The notes below the pieces were generated by a model, which saw only the letters and a program-made list of their open reading frames with translations, ran no database searches and was not told where the DNA came from. A stretch of 64,000 nucleotides of DNA from Dipteris shenzhenensis (taxonomy: Eukaryota), in assembly GCA_047967505.1 (NCBI GenBank), contig CM106538.1; one strand, 5' to 3'. Made by a program: the position numbers and the translations under genes. Positions 26,501 to 39,429 of this stretch are shown piece after piece (positions within the stretch are counted from its first letter, which is position 1; each line of letters opens with the position of its first letter).

Positions 26501-26888
26501 GGAGGGCTACTATCACCATCACTCCATGCATCCGTAACGGTCCCTCCTGAAGATCCCACCTCATATCGCTGACGCTTCGCCTCCTCATGACAAGCATAGG
26601 ACAACATATGTGGGTGTGGCACTGCATCCTATATCAAATTAAAACGGGATCATAACTCAAACATATGAAACCCATAGGTATCTCAATCAACCTTAACTCT
26701 TTAACACTTACCATGTTTACGGTCGCATCCCATTCTCCATACTTTGAGATGTGATTGAGTGTAATCCTGCATGCACGATACATGTTTCCTTGACATCGAT
26801 CACACATACATTTGATTTTTTGCTCCAACCACATTTCGCGATGGTGGATACGGAGGGATTCAGAGCTACTTGTTGAAGATGAAGACAT
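23590..26888 (-). pseudogene. Tnp2 transposase of element B, with internal deletions
   Basis: Collinear with 7344-11323; ~0.8-kb deletion at ~25888 removes the DxxNPF/WTMHD core; smaller deletion at ~24900. Confidence 0.88.
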
Positions 26889-27981
26889 CCTACAAACAAA
26901 CAACCCAAAAATTTTGCTTTTCTTCAAATATTTAATCGTAAAACTCTGTGGCACATCTAAATGCGCATCTAAAACCGCGTGTGTCTGTTCTATGGTGCAC
27001 GTCTAAAACCGCATCTGCTTTGTGTATTTAGATGCACAATTATATGTGTATTTAGACGCATGTATAGATGCACCATTAGACGTGCTTATAGACATGGTTT
27101 TCAAATCTACTTTTAGTGTGCTTGCTTTGCTTTTCTTCACATAAGCTTTGCGCGGTTTGCTTGCTTTGCTATTAATAGATCCATAGCCAACACTTATCTC
27201 CAGGCACCCACACTTACTTCTAGGCTTACACAATCATCTCCAAGCACACAGGAGAAAAGGGTGAACAAGGAAGAGAAGCAACTTTGAAGAAGGACAAGAA
27301 GCTTCCATACCTCTATCCAAGGTAAGTCTCTTTACAGTTGATCTTCTTTGAAAGTTGCTCTCTTTGGATTCGTCCTTTGTCGTATCCAAGAAATGAATGA
27401 TTTTGGTATCAGTGTTACGCTTTTGTGTCGGGCGCATGTCCTTTTTGACTTTTTAGAATAGTCCATCCGTCGGAGCACGTCTATGGATGCGTCTCAGAGT
27501 GCATCCAAAACCGCATCTACAGGCGCATCTATAGATGCGTCTATAGACATGTCTACTTTGTTTTCAAAAATAGATAACTGCATCTATAGACGCGTTGTTA
27601 TACGCAAAAATAGATGCACTTATCAAACGTGTCTATAGACGCGTTCCGATAGTTTTAGACCCTTCCCTTCCCTTTCCTTCCCTTCTCTTCCCTTCCCTTT
27701 CCTTCCCTTCCCTTCCCTTCCCTTCTCTTCTCTTCCCTTCCCTTTCCTTTCCTTTCTCTTTCCTCTTCCCTTTCCCTTTCCCTTTCCCTTTCCACTTCCA
27801 CTTCCAAGAAAAGGATTTGCCTCTCTTTTCTTCTCTCTTTTCCTATATTTGCCTCTCTTTCCTTCTCTCTTTTATCCTCTCTTTCCCTCTCTTTTCGTGG
27901 TAATTTTTCTCTCTCTTTTTCTCTTCTTTTTCTCTTCTCAGCTCATCAGTAATCTTCTTTTTTTCTTTTTTCCAGTTCATC

Positions 27982-29402
27982 ATGTGGCCAAGAAGCTCTT
28001 CAGGCTCACCTGATCTTCAGGAGACCATCTTTCGAGAGTTATATAGCCTTTTAGGGCACCCTTCCAATCCTCGGGAGTTATATGGCTACATGACGGGTAC
28101 TCTAAACACCCCCAGGAGTCGGCACTACAGACTCCAAACCACCCCAACCCCACACTAGCTGAGATTACCCCAGCGGAGTCAGCACAGCCCAACCGGCTAC
28201 ACAATCAAGCCCCTTCCCCCATGCCATCTTATGCCCCTTCCCCCATGCTGTCAGGAGGTCCTTCTATCTCACAGAGCTGTCAGTGTACTCCTGTGCAGTC
28301 GAGACTCGGTTCTCTAGCTACGAGTGGTCCACGTAGTCCCGTGCAGTCTCCAACTACAAGTGGCCAGCGTACTAGTTCGACATGACATGGTAGTAGGTGT
28401 AGTAGCAGGGAGAGCAGTGGGGGATGCATGGCACAATGCTTTGGGAGGATTGGTGGTGGGGACGAGGATGATTCAGATGATTTAGACATGCCTCCGGGTG
28501 ATGGTACGATCTTCTATGACATCACTCAGACAGGAGGCATCTTGATGGATGCACGGCCGGGGAAGGACATCATGGCCTTCATGCGCTCTGTAATTGCTAA
28601 CAATTACAGAGATTGCTTTATCCACTACAAAGACCAGCCAAAGAGGTTGGATGATGAGACCCTTGCTACTGTTTGCTCTACGTATCTTAACCCCCCAATC
28701 TTTAGTTCACAGATAAATGGGCCAAGTCAAAGATTGTTATGATACTTGGCAATAAAAGATCTTCGCTTAAGAGGCAGGCACTAGCGGAGCTTGCTAGGCT
28801 CGAGAAAGGTCAACCACCAAGGGGCCCGCCCCCCACCACTCACAAGCGTGAGTGGAAGAAAGCAATGGAGTCAGCGAGGAAGGAACCCAGTCTGTAGCAC
28901 GTGGAGGCACGAAGGATCCAAATGGAGCAATATGGAAGCGTGCATTTTGGAGCAGGGGGTGTTGAATCATGGGAGGCCCAATTTGTAAGTACCGATCTCA
29001 AATTATATTGTTTATGTAGTTTATTAGGAGGTTGTTTCTTTGTACTAACTCCTCCACAAATTGTGTCATCTTGCAGCTTGATATCGTGGGTAGATACCCT
29101 ACTCTTTCGAGACAGCCTACCATCGCCACCATCGCAGAGGAGATACATGGAAGCACTTTTATAATGACGGGTTGATTACTGAAGAGAAGTATATCCGGGC
29201 TACTGGAGCGTCCCCCAAGGTATTTGAAAGTAATTAAATAATGTCAACATTATCAGTAAATATTTGATTTTTCATACATTGATATATGTTGTCCCTTGTT
29301 TACAGGCCCCTACACAAGAAGACGAGGAAGAAGACGAGGAAGGAGGCAGAGAAGGGAGTGCAGAAGGGAGCGTAGAAGGGAGCGAGGATGTGGAGAAATT
29401 AG
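27982..29402 (+). pseudogene. ORF2 (TnpA-like) of element B
   Basis: Homologous to ORF2 of A and C; frameshifts and stops. Confidence 0.75.
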
Positions 29403-32101
29403 ATTAGTCATAGAAGTAGTGCTAGCTACTCTTTTTTGTATTTAAAGCCACTGGCTTGGCTTCGTGCCTCTTGTATATACACTCCTCTTATTTTTGGTAC
29501 TTGAAGCCATAGGATGTGGCTTAGCTTCGTGCTATGTGTACATACAAGCACTTTTTGAGCTTTCAATTTTCTTGTGCAACGTTCTATCAATTAATGCCTT
29601 ATAAACTAAACGTTTTGGAGTTGTAATGTTTTATTTGGAATTGTAATTGTCGGCTATAGACGTGCTTGCAAGAGTGCTAATTAAAATGCGATTGGTTGTA
29701 AGAATTGAATTACACAATGTGGAAATGGGATTCCTGTAACTTCATAGCATACACAACATACACAACATTTTGTAAATTTAAAAAATATTATGTAGCGCAT
29801 CTATCAAGGCATCTATAAACGCGTCTATATACGCGTCTGTCTGTTCGAAGAGTGTCTATTTGTGCATCTATAAAAGCATCGATAAGACCGTTTATAAATG
29901 CGTCTATACACGTGTTTAACGATGCGTCTGTTTGTTTTTTAAAATTTCTAACAGAGCGTCTATTTACGCATCTATATGTGCATCTATACGTGCATCTGTT
30001 TGCTATATAGACATGCCATTAGATGCGGGTCTCTAGACGTGCAAATAGATGCGCCCTTAAGTTTTTTTTTTAGTTCAGTAAATGCATCTGTGTGCGCGTC
30101 TATAGGTGCTTTGTCTTGTTGTGTTTGCTTAAGAGGCAGGCACTAGCGGAGCTTGCCAAGCTCGAGGGAGGTCAACCACCAAGGGGCCCACCCCACACCG
30201 CTCACAAGCATGGGTGAAAGAAAGCAATGAAGTCAGCGAAGGAGGAACCCAATCTGTAGCACGTGGAGGCACGAAGGATCCAAATGGAGCAATATGGAAG
30301 CGTGCATTTTGGAGCAGGGGGTGTTGAATCATGGGAGGCCCAATTTGTAAGTATCGATCTCAAATTATATTGTTTATGTAGTTTATTAGGAGGTTGTTTC
30401 TTTGTACTAACCCCTCCGCAAATTGTTTCATCTTATAGCTTGATATCGTGGACAGGTACCCTACTCCTGTCGAGACAGCCTACCACTGCCACCATCGCAG
30501 AGGAGATACATGGAGGCACTTCTATAATGACGGATTGATTACAGAGGAGTAGTATATCGGCCGGGCTACTAGAGCGTCCCCCGAGGTATTTGTAAGTTAT
30601 TAAATAATGTCAATATTATAAGTAAAGATTTGATTTTTCATACATTGATATATGTTGTCCCTTGTTTACAGGACCTTGCACAAGAAGATGAGGAAGAAGA
30701 CAAGGAAGGAGGCAGAGAAGGGAGCACAGAAGGGAGCGCAGAAGGGAGTGAGGATGTGAAGAACTTAGATTAGTCATAGAAGTAGTGCTAGCTACTCTTT
30801 TTTGTACTTAAAGCCATTGGCTTGGCTTCATGTCTCTTGTATATACACTCCTCTTATTTTTGGTACTTGAAGCCACAGGATGTGGCTTAGCTTTGCGCTA
30901 TATGTACATATAAGCACTTTTTGAGCTATAAATTAATATACACTCTTTTTATTTTTTTGGCTTTCAATTTTCTTGTGCAACGTTCTATCAATTAATGCCT
31001 TGTGAACTAAACGTTTTGGAGTTGTAATGTTTTATTTGGAACTGTAATTGTCAGCTATAGACATGCTTGCAAGAGTGCTAATTAAAATGCGGTTGGCTAT
31101 AAGAATTGAATTACACAATGTGGAAATGGGATTCCTATAACTACATAGCATACACAACATATACAGTATTCTGTTCAAGCACACAAAATTTAAAAAATAT
31201 TATGTAGCGCATCTATTAGGGCGTCTATAAACACATCTGTCTATTTGAGAGGCATCTAAAAATGAACGCGTCTATAAATGCATCTATAAATGCGTTTATG
31301 GATGCGTCTGTCTGTTTTTTAAAATTTCTTTTTAGAACGCGTCTATAAATGCATCTATAAATGCGTTTATGGATGCGTCTTTATTTTTTAAAATTTCTAT
31401 TAGAGCATTTATTTATGCATATATATGCGTGTCTATAGGTGCGTCTGTCTTCTATATAGACTCGCCTTTAGATGCGGGTCTGTAGACATGTGAATAGACG
31501 TGCAAATAGATGTGCCCGTAAGTTTTTTTTTAGTTGAGTAAACGCGTCTGTGTGCACGTCTGTAGGTGCTTTGTCTTGTTGTGAATCAAGCATGAAAATT
31601 AGCACATAGCCTTAGCAATACAAGAAGAAACATGCTTCAACACTCACAAAATGAAATCTCACAAAAAATAAACCTACATTGCTTAAAGAGACACACCTTC
31701 TTGAAAAACTTCCTTTCACACAAGAAGAGAAGGAGCACAAGTGTTGGGAGAGGGGTTGGGTAGGGGTGAGGAGTGAGCAATAGAGAGGAGGAAAGCGAGG
31801 TCGTTAAATATAAGGTGGGAGGAGAGATTTTTGCTTTTCTCGCAATAGAGATGTGAAAGACGGCATCACGGAGGGTTTTGGGTTTTAGCCCCTAGCATCG
31901 CTATATAGCGACGCTATTCAGTTGCTATATAGCGACATTTATATCCTAAAAGCATCGCTATATAGCGATGGAACAGGGCAAAGCATCGCTATATAGCGAC
32001 GGTTTAGGGCACTTTCTGTTAGAAGAGAGCTCATGGGTGGCTATTTTTTGGATCTTAATAGATTTCCTTACAGCTCATGTTGTGATTTTGGAAGTGTGCA
32101 A

Positions 32102-35100
32102 ATGGAAGGGACGACGAGTGGAAGCTCATCAGATGATGCGCCAACGCCCGGGAGCACAGAGTGTCTTATGGAGAGGTTGTATTGTCATTGCACTCATTGC
32201 AACCGAGAAGTACGACATCAACATTGTATTGTCATGCGCCACTTGCGGATGTATCAGGAGGAGCCCAGACCAGTACCCACCATTGGTGTTGCACGTGGTG
32301 ATGGATCATTGGTAAGTCAATGCCATTTGAGTTCATGATTAATATTGGATACCATTATGACACGAAACCTTGAGACAAGATCTTATATTTACATGAATCT
32401 TGAGACAGGATGAGGAGGGTGGCGAGGGTGCGCATATACCTTCACATTTTGAGCAAGACTATAGTCTCCCGGATATGCCAGATGATGACGAGGGTATGAT
32501 GGACATGATGGATTCTATTTTTAGGGGCACTACATCACATGTACACGTGATGTCAAAGTCTGAAGTCAATATGCGAGAGTTGCAATCAACATAGTTGTAC
32601 GAGGGTGCTAGGATGTCTAAGCTGCGGGCTTGTCTCTCAATATTAAATCTGCAAGTAAAGTATGGGTGGTCAGATACAAGCGTCTCGGCCTTAATGAGTT
32701 TAGCTTCCGCATTAATTTGACTCATTATTTGGATATTGTTTGTTTTGAGAATCATTATGTATGTTTGAGAATCATCATTATTCGAAGCCTATATATGTTT
32801 GAATTATGATAGGTTGCTCCAGAAGATGTTGCCTACACCAAATACCATGCCCACATCAAGAGATGAAGTGAAGAAGATGCTAACAATGGTGGGTATGGAT
32901 TATGCTACCATCCATGCTTGCCGTAATGATTGTATTTCCTTTCGTCGTCGTGAGCATGGAGATTTGGCTAGTTGTCAGAAGTGTGGGGAACAACGATATA
33001 GAGATGACTTACATACCGGTAAAGGTCTTGAGACACTTTCCCATCATTGCAAGAATATAGCCTTGGTTGACATGGCCCATAGCCTTGGTGAATTACAATA
33101 TCCCACCATGGCTAACAATAAAGAAGGGACACCTCATACTTGCACTACTTGTGTGAGGGAAGTACAAGGCTAAAAATATGGACGTGTACATGGAACCTTT
33201 GATAGAGGAGTTACAGATCTTATGGAGAGTAGTACGAGTCTTTGATATTTTTAGAGCTCCTAGACATACCAATGATATTTTGGTTAGGGGTATCTTCATG
33301 TGGACCATGCAAGACTACCTAGGATATGGAGAGTGCGCAGGTACGTGGTTGTGTCTTTGCATGTATAATATAGGATTATGCTTTTATGACTCTTTTTCAC
33401 GTGCATGTCTTAAACTAACACATTCATGCACGCGTGCAAGACTTGTTACAAGTGGGTGCCATGCTTGTCCTGTTTGTGGATCAGGTTTGAAATCGCTTGC
33501 ATGATACTCCAAACATATGAGGAAAAATGTTTATGAAGGTCATGCTCGATACCTTCTACTGGACCATCTTGCACGTGGAGGTCAGCTTGATCCACCACCA
33601 CCATATTTGAAGGCAAGTGATTGGATTTAGGCTTGAAGGGCGAATGGAGAGGAACCTCCTTGTGGTATGAAGAGGCTATCGATCTTTCATGAGCTTCCTT
33701 ATTAGGGTCATCTACAAATCAATCATCTCTTGGATCCCATGCATATCTTCAAGAATGTGAGGGCTACTATTTGGGCACACTTGGTTGGTTCTAAAGACTC
33801 AAGAGGACTGCGAGAAGACTTGCGTGCTATAAATAGGATGTCTCATTTATGGCCCCAAGTGCATGCTTCGGGAAAAGTTGTCCTCTCAAAAGCAACATGA
33901 ATCCTCTCCACGAGAGAGGAGGTAGTGGTCAAGGGGGACATTGCCTCTTTTTAAACACCCACAGGGTACATGCGTTGCTTGAAAGGAGCATTTTCAAAGG
34001 ACAATAAGCTTAGTGGGCTCAAATCCCATGATTGGCACAAGGTCTTACAGGTATTCTAAGTTGTAGGATTAGTGTACCGATAATCATGATGCATTAGTGT
34101 TATTATGTTTGTGTTATATTATTGACATGACTACTTTGTTGCTTTGATAGTTCATCATCCCAATTAGAGTAAAAGGGTACTTACAAGAAGACGTTACAAA
34201 TGCTATATTCAAGATCAGTGGTATTGTGAGGTATGCTTACTATCAAATCACATTGATTGCATTTTCTTTAATTTAAGCTGAACAATCTGTAGACTGATTA
34301 TGAATATATCTTACATGGGCATGTGAAAGAGGTGGATATCTCAAAAAGAGATCTCCATATCGAGCATCGGGAAGGCTAGGGTGTAATCCATCAAAGTTGT
34401 ATGCTTGCTTGAGAAGCACTTTCCCTCAAGCATTATGACAACTCAAGTGCACTTGCTTGTGCACATACTGGATGAGGTGGCCATTGCAGGTACCGTTCAT
34501 AGTCGGTGGATGTTTTTTCTCGAGCAGTTTATGAGAAATTTGATGGGATTTGTAAGACAAAGAGCAAGACCATACGCAAGCATGGCAGAGGGATGGCTTG
34601 TGCAAGAGTCATTAGTATATATCATGGAATTTCTTGCATCCACGGATCTCGATATGCCGCAGGCTAGGCATAACAAGGATGATGATCGCATCGTTGGCGA
34701 CGTTCCCCAAGGAAAAGGGATTGAAAGAAAGATGAGCAAAGAGCAAATGGAGAAGTTCAATAAGTTTTGTATCCTCAGTAGCAAGGAGATGCAGAAGTGG
34801 ATTGAGAGATATGAAGCGGCCAAAGCAGAAAGAATAGTGGCATGGAAGAGATTCAGAGCAATTTATAGGCGATCACAACCATATCCACGGGATCTCGCCC
34901 GTCTCCCCACTCACATGTCACTTGATTGGCTACTACTGGCTCTATGTAAAGCCAAACGTGATGGAGAGACAATAAATAAGTGCGAGCGAGAGTAATCATC
35001 TGGATGTATGATGCATGTAAGTTTCTTACCTCGACATAATTAAGTTATTATTTGTGGCAATATACGCTATAAAATAGATGCATCTTCATTGTTTTAATGA

Positions 35101-36004
35101 TGCTCTTTTGTAGTACAAAAGGTAAAGTTCATTATGGTCATATGGATGACATTTTCGTGTGGAACGCATCAATTCAAAGAGAGTCACGTATGATTGTGGA
35201 GCCATGACTAACTTCACACAAGATAGCCGAGCGAGTTTCTTCTCTCCTCACAGTTGGGTTATTGTGGAACCATACGCAAAATCTATGAAATTGATTTCAG
35301 ACCATTTAGTATTTTCATTCTTAATGTAAAATGGTTTAGAACTATTTGCAAGGGTCCCCATGTGACAGTGAGAAAAGATAGTAGCGATTTCTTTGCAATA
35401 GACTCCACCAAACTTTGGACCAGTGAAAGTGATACTTTTGTTCTTCCCGAGCATTGTGAGTAGGTGCATACTAATGATTTAATTAATCGAAGCTTTCGTT
35501 TTTAAAGATCCATTGATACATGTACTTAAGCATATTTTCATAAATATAATTTATGGCATTTGGCACCCATCTTCAATATGGGTGGTTTTTCATCCGGATC
35601 GTTCTAATCCAAGGTGGTGGTACGTGATCCAAGTTGCACCACGAAGTAAGAAAATTTTTGAAGATAGAGATGTGGATATGGAGATGCCACTACCAATGCC
35701 ATATCCAATTGATCCAGATGGATCTATCGAAGAAGATGAAGATCACAATATGAGCCAAGAGGAAGATGCACATAATGGCATCGTATGGGCGGAAGATGGA
35801 GATCACGATATTGAGGAAGAAGATGACGATCATCAAGAATCACCACACTTTATTGAAGAAGATGGTCAAGTCTTAGCTGAATGTACGATGCTAGAGTACG
35901 ATGATGATATAGCACATCAACTCAGTATAGAGTTAGAGATAGACTTGTTTGGCACATTAGACTTGGCTCAGGATGAAGCCGTTGATGTAAATGCTCTTCA
36001 TTGA
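32102..36004 (+). pseudogene. Tnp2 transposase of element D
   Basis: IHACRNDC, WTMQDY, HLLDPMHIFKN, QVHLLVHI, RWMFFLE, GYCGTIRKI; many stops; deletion at ~33060. Confidence 0.9.
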
Positions 36005-36298
36005 TTTTTTTCATCTCAAACTTGGACATGAATATATGAGCTTCAAACTTGATGTACATGCTCTTGTACTTTTATTATCTCAAAGGATCAAACATGTATC
36101 AAAAGGGAAAAAAATTTGTCATTAGAAAAAACTATCTTTTAAGGATGATATGGGAAAAAACACTTTTTGTAAAATGTCGCTTTAGGAAACTATCTCAGTA
36201 TCACTATATAACGACCATTCACAAGTCTAATAAGTGTCTCTATATAGCGACGCTCTTTAAACGACGCTATATAGTGACACTTATCTAAAGTCTCTATT

Positions 36299-36544
36299 CT
36301 CGGGGGGGTCACTCATCATATGTAACCCTATCACGTGAGTTCAATAGAAGGATATTTTTTATTTGTAAAATTTACAGAAATAAATATACATAAGGGACTA
36401 TTTAAATTAGTTTTGGGAAAAATTTACAGATTTGTATAGAAAAGGGGTACATTTTATTAATGAAAATTTTACAGATAAGGGATTTTAGAAATAGGCCTTG
36501 AACACACGTGGTATAGAGGGTTTATACATAGTGACCCCCCCGAG
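36299..36544. mobile_element. 246-bp MITE inserted in the subterminal region of element D
   Basis: Perfect 15-bp TIR CTCGGGGGGGTCACT / AGTGACCCCCCCGAG, imperfect to ~45 bp; 8-bp TSD TCTCTATT / TCGCTATT; AT-rich interior. Confidence 0.85.
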
Positions 36545-37044
36545 TCGCTATTAGCTTTGATTACCGACAATTAGCACCCTGTGCACGCTAAACATCAGTG
36601 CTTAAGCTTCAGAATAGGGCTCGAGTGTAGTAGTGCAACAATTCTAATAAAAGAAGACTTGCGAGATCATCATCATGGCATGCGACAGACACAAGAGGAT
36701 ATCTCTTAGCTAGAGGAGGCAGTTCTCAGGCGTGACTTAAGAGAGAAGTAGGTTGGATAGCTAGAGCAATAAAGAGCAAGGAGCATGGGACACGGAAGGA
36801 GAAGATGCAAATTGCATATATCTTTTGCACACACACACACACATACCCCCACATTTAAAAATTTATTTTCAATTATACTATTTTAATTTGATAATTGATA
36901 CACACATATATAACATATATGGTATGCTTTATAAACACACAATGACAAGGAATTCAGAATTAAAAGAAAGTCAAATCTTTAGCATAAGGTGCCTCCTTGT
37001 GCACACAAAAAAATTCATCAAAAGTAGAGAATAGGTTGAATGTG

Positions 37045-37970
37045 TTTAAGAAAAAGTGCTCTCTACTCTTCTATTGGGTCTTAACTCTTGTTTATCCTTT
37101 TTTAATCCGGTCCATAGATCTCAAGAACTATAGTACTAATATTGACTTGCTCACCATCATGAGGAGCACATTCCATAAAATAATAATATATGGTTTTAAA
37201 GCTAGCATGATCACTTAAGGGGCTCCTTTGAGCAACCTATTTTCTTTAAACTTCATCTTATTTTAGTAAACTTCATCTTATTTTATTTAAGAAAAAGTGT
37301 TCTCTCTCCTCTTTTATTGGCTCTTAACACTTGTTTGTCGTTTTTAAATCCGATCCATAGATCTCAAGAAGTTTAGTGCTATTGACTTGCTCACCATCAT
37401 GAGGAGCACACTTGGTTTCAACGCTAGCAAAGAAAATGCCTCAATGAATCCATTCTTTAAGAGCTAACTCCAAGGGGCATATACTCTCCATATACTCATC
37501 TATTACTCTTAACTCTTGTTTATCCTTTTTGAATCCGGTCTATAGATCTCAAGAAGTTTCGTACCAATATTGACTTGCTCACCATCATGAGGAGCACATT
37601 CCATTAAACAACAGTGTATGGTTTTAAAGCTAGCATGATCACTTAGGGGACTCCTTTGAGGAACCTATTTTCTTTGAGCTTTATCTTATTTTAGTAAACT
37701 TCATCTTATTTTAGTTAAGAAAAAGTGTTCTCTCTCCTCTTCTATTGGCTCTTAACTCTTGTTTGTCGTTTTTAAATCTGGTCCATAGATCTCAAGAAGT
37801 TTAGTGCTATAGACTTGCTCAGGAGCACATTCCATAAAACAATAGTGTATGGTTTTAAAGCTAGCAAAGAAAATGCCTCAATGAATCCATTCTTTAAGAG
37901 CTAACTCTAAGGGGCACCTTTGAGCAACCTATTTTTCTTTGAACTTCATCTTATTTTAGTAAACTTAACT
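37045..37970. repeat. Four degenerate ~200-245-bp tandem units (two dimers) downstream of the LRR gene
   Basis: CTTAACTCTTGTTT...CATAGATCTCAAGAAG...GACTTGCTCA recurs at ~37080, 37324, 37508 and 37751. Confidence 0.85.
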
Positions 37971-38246
37971 AAACACAGTTATATTAGAGTTAACTTTAAT
38001 AACCTTAGTAGAATACAATCTTGAAGCATGAACTCGTAGACTTCTTAGTAGGAAAAGCCAACCAGCACCTTAATTATCAATTGGAAGGGTTCTCACAGCA
38101 AAGCCGGCTCTCAAAACAAAACAAATTGCAAGGGGAAAAAATCCAGCCGTATTACAAAAATCTTAAATCCAACATCGAGCTGCATGCGCTGGATGATGCG
38201 GAAACTCCTGAAAGTTGCGAAAACGGAGGTGGCAGGAGTCGCAACA

Positions 38247-39332
38247 TCAACATGGCTTGTTTATCACCGATCCACAGAGTCCAGGGTTTCCTGCGTAGCT
38301 GCAATATGCAGATTGACAAACGAGGTGGTGAGCAAGATGCGGAAATCTCAGGCATCTGGAGAGCATGCATGCCTTTACTTGATTGTTATACAACATTCAG
38401 GTGGCTACATGCTCACCTTTCGGCAGTGAACCTGGAGAAAATGCCATTCGTTGGGATAGGGCCCGAGAGACCATTATTCATGAGATGCCTGCGCGAGAAA
38501 ACGGAATGTTATGGTAAGGAGTCATGTGACCAATGGCTTGTCGTGCATAAAATAATTCACAGTCCAGGGACAATATTTCAGCTACTCACAGAAACTGCAG
38601 ATTGGAAAGATTGCCCAACTCAGAGGGGATGGGCCCCGTGAGATCGTTGTCCTGGAGCTGCAAAGCAAAGAGGTTGGGCAGACTGCCGAATTCTTTGGGG
38701 ATGGACCCAGAGAAGTGGTTGAGAAAGAGGGAGCTGCGACAAGAGAGATCGTTAGAGCAAATGAGTGACAAGCTTCGCTTAGCTTAGCTTATTGACTGAA
38801 GGTGAATATACATGGTGGAAAGCTAGAGTGAGGAAGACGCACAGGGACTGCAAAGACGGAAGGTTTGCAAGTTGTGGAGAGAGCGGACCGGAAAGACCAT
38901 AGTTGGGCAGATCCCTGTTCGAAAAATTCAGGATCAGGAGCCAAAACGTATTCGGGAGCAAATTAAATGCGCGTTTAACGGGTGGTGTGTAGATGAGTAC
39001 ACTCGGACGACGTGGTTGTTGTCGTCGCAGGTCACATGGAAGAAGGTGCAGGGATCCACCAGGTTGGGATCCCAGCTGGCGAGGGCGTTTTGCGGGTCGT
39101 TAAGCCCATTTTTGAATGCGATCAGAGCGTCCACTGTAAGATACAAGCCGTAGATCGGTTAGCAGAAAGCAATGTATTATATTTGTATACGCTATTGCAT
39201 GAAGAGGGAAGGCTTATGCAAAGTAGAAGCCTAATATTTACCCTCCGGGTTGGCGCGAGCAAGAGCCGGCAGGAGAGCCCATAAGGCGAAAGCAGAAAGG
39301 ATGAAGTGCTTAGCAGCTCCCGAGCGCTCCAT
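38247..39332 (-). CDS. Secreted LRR-only protein, SERK-ectodomain / LRP-like, 187 aa; exons 39242-39332, 39001-39133, 38843-38914, 38590-38733, 38417-38488, 38247-38298
   Basis: Signal peptide; LRRNT (DALIAFK...[17 protein letters not shown]); four LRRs; C-cap [17 protein letters not shown]. All introns GT-AG; exon sizes 91/133/72/144/72/52 keep frame. Confidence 0.93.
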
Positions 39333-39420
39333 GGCGGCTGATTGGAGATGATGAACGTAGCTGAGAGGCAATCGATTGTGAAAACGCGTTGATTGTGAAT
39401 GGAAGGTTGCTGGTGGTGTG

Positions 39421-39429
39421 TATATATAG
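39421..39429 (-). promoter_or_regulatory. Putative TATA box of the LRR gene
   Basis: CTATATATA ~90 nt upstream of the ATG. Confidence 0.6.

Larger units (their letters stand above)
23188..30123. mobile_element. Family-1 element B (CACAA termini, 6936 bp) nested in ORF2 of element C
   Basis: CACAACAACACAAAGCA at 23188; ...TTGTCTTGTTGTG at 30123; TSD TTC/TTT; the empty-site sequence AAGATCTTCGCTTAAG is visible at ~28756. Confidence 0.93.
22371..30768 (+). pseudogene. ORF2 (TnpA-like) of element C, split by element B
   Basis: ...KIVTILGNKRS | SLKRQALAEL...HFGAGG; homologous to 12367-13835. Confidence 0.75.
21693..31583. mobile_element. Family-1 element C: left half (transposase side) missing, interrupted by element B, right CACAA terminus at 31583
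   Basis: ORF2 at 22371-23187 resumes at 30127; ends TGCTTTGTCTTGTTGTG at 31583; left boundary approximate. Confidence 0.85.
31584..36635. mobile_element. Family-2 CACTA element D (transposase half), terminus ...GTGTAGTAGTG at 36635
   Basis: rc terminus CACTACTACACTCGAG resembles 53645; GCTATATAGC repeats at 31896-32000 and 36200-36290; left part lost at the element C junction. Confidence 0.88.

Noticed and set aside
38021-38641. 206-aa + strand ORF
   Set aside because: Antisense shadow of the spliced LRR gene; no recognisable motif
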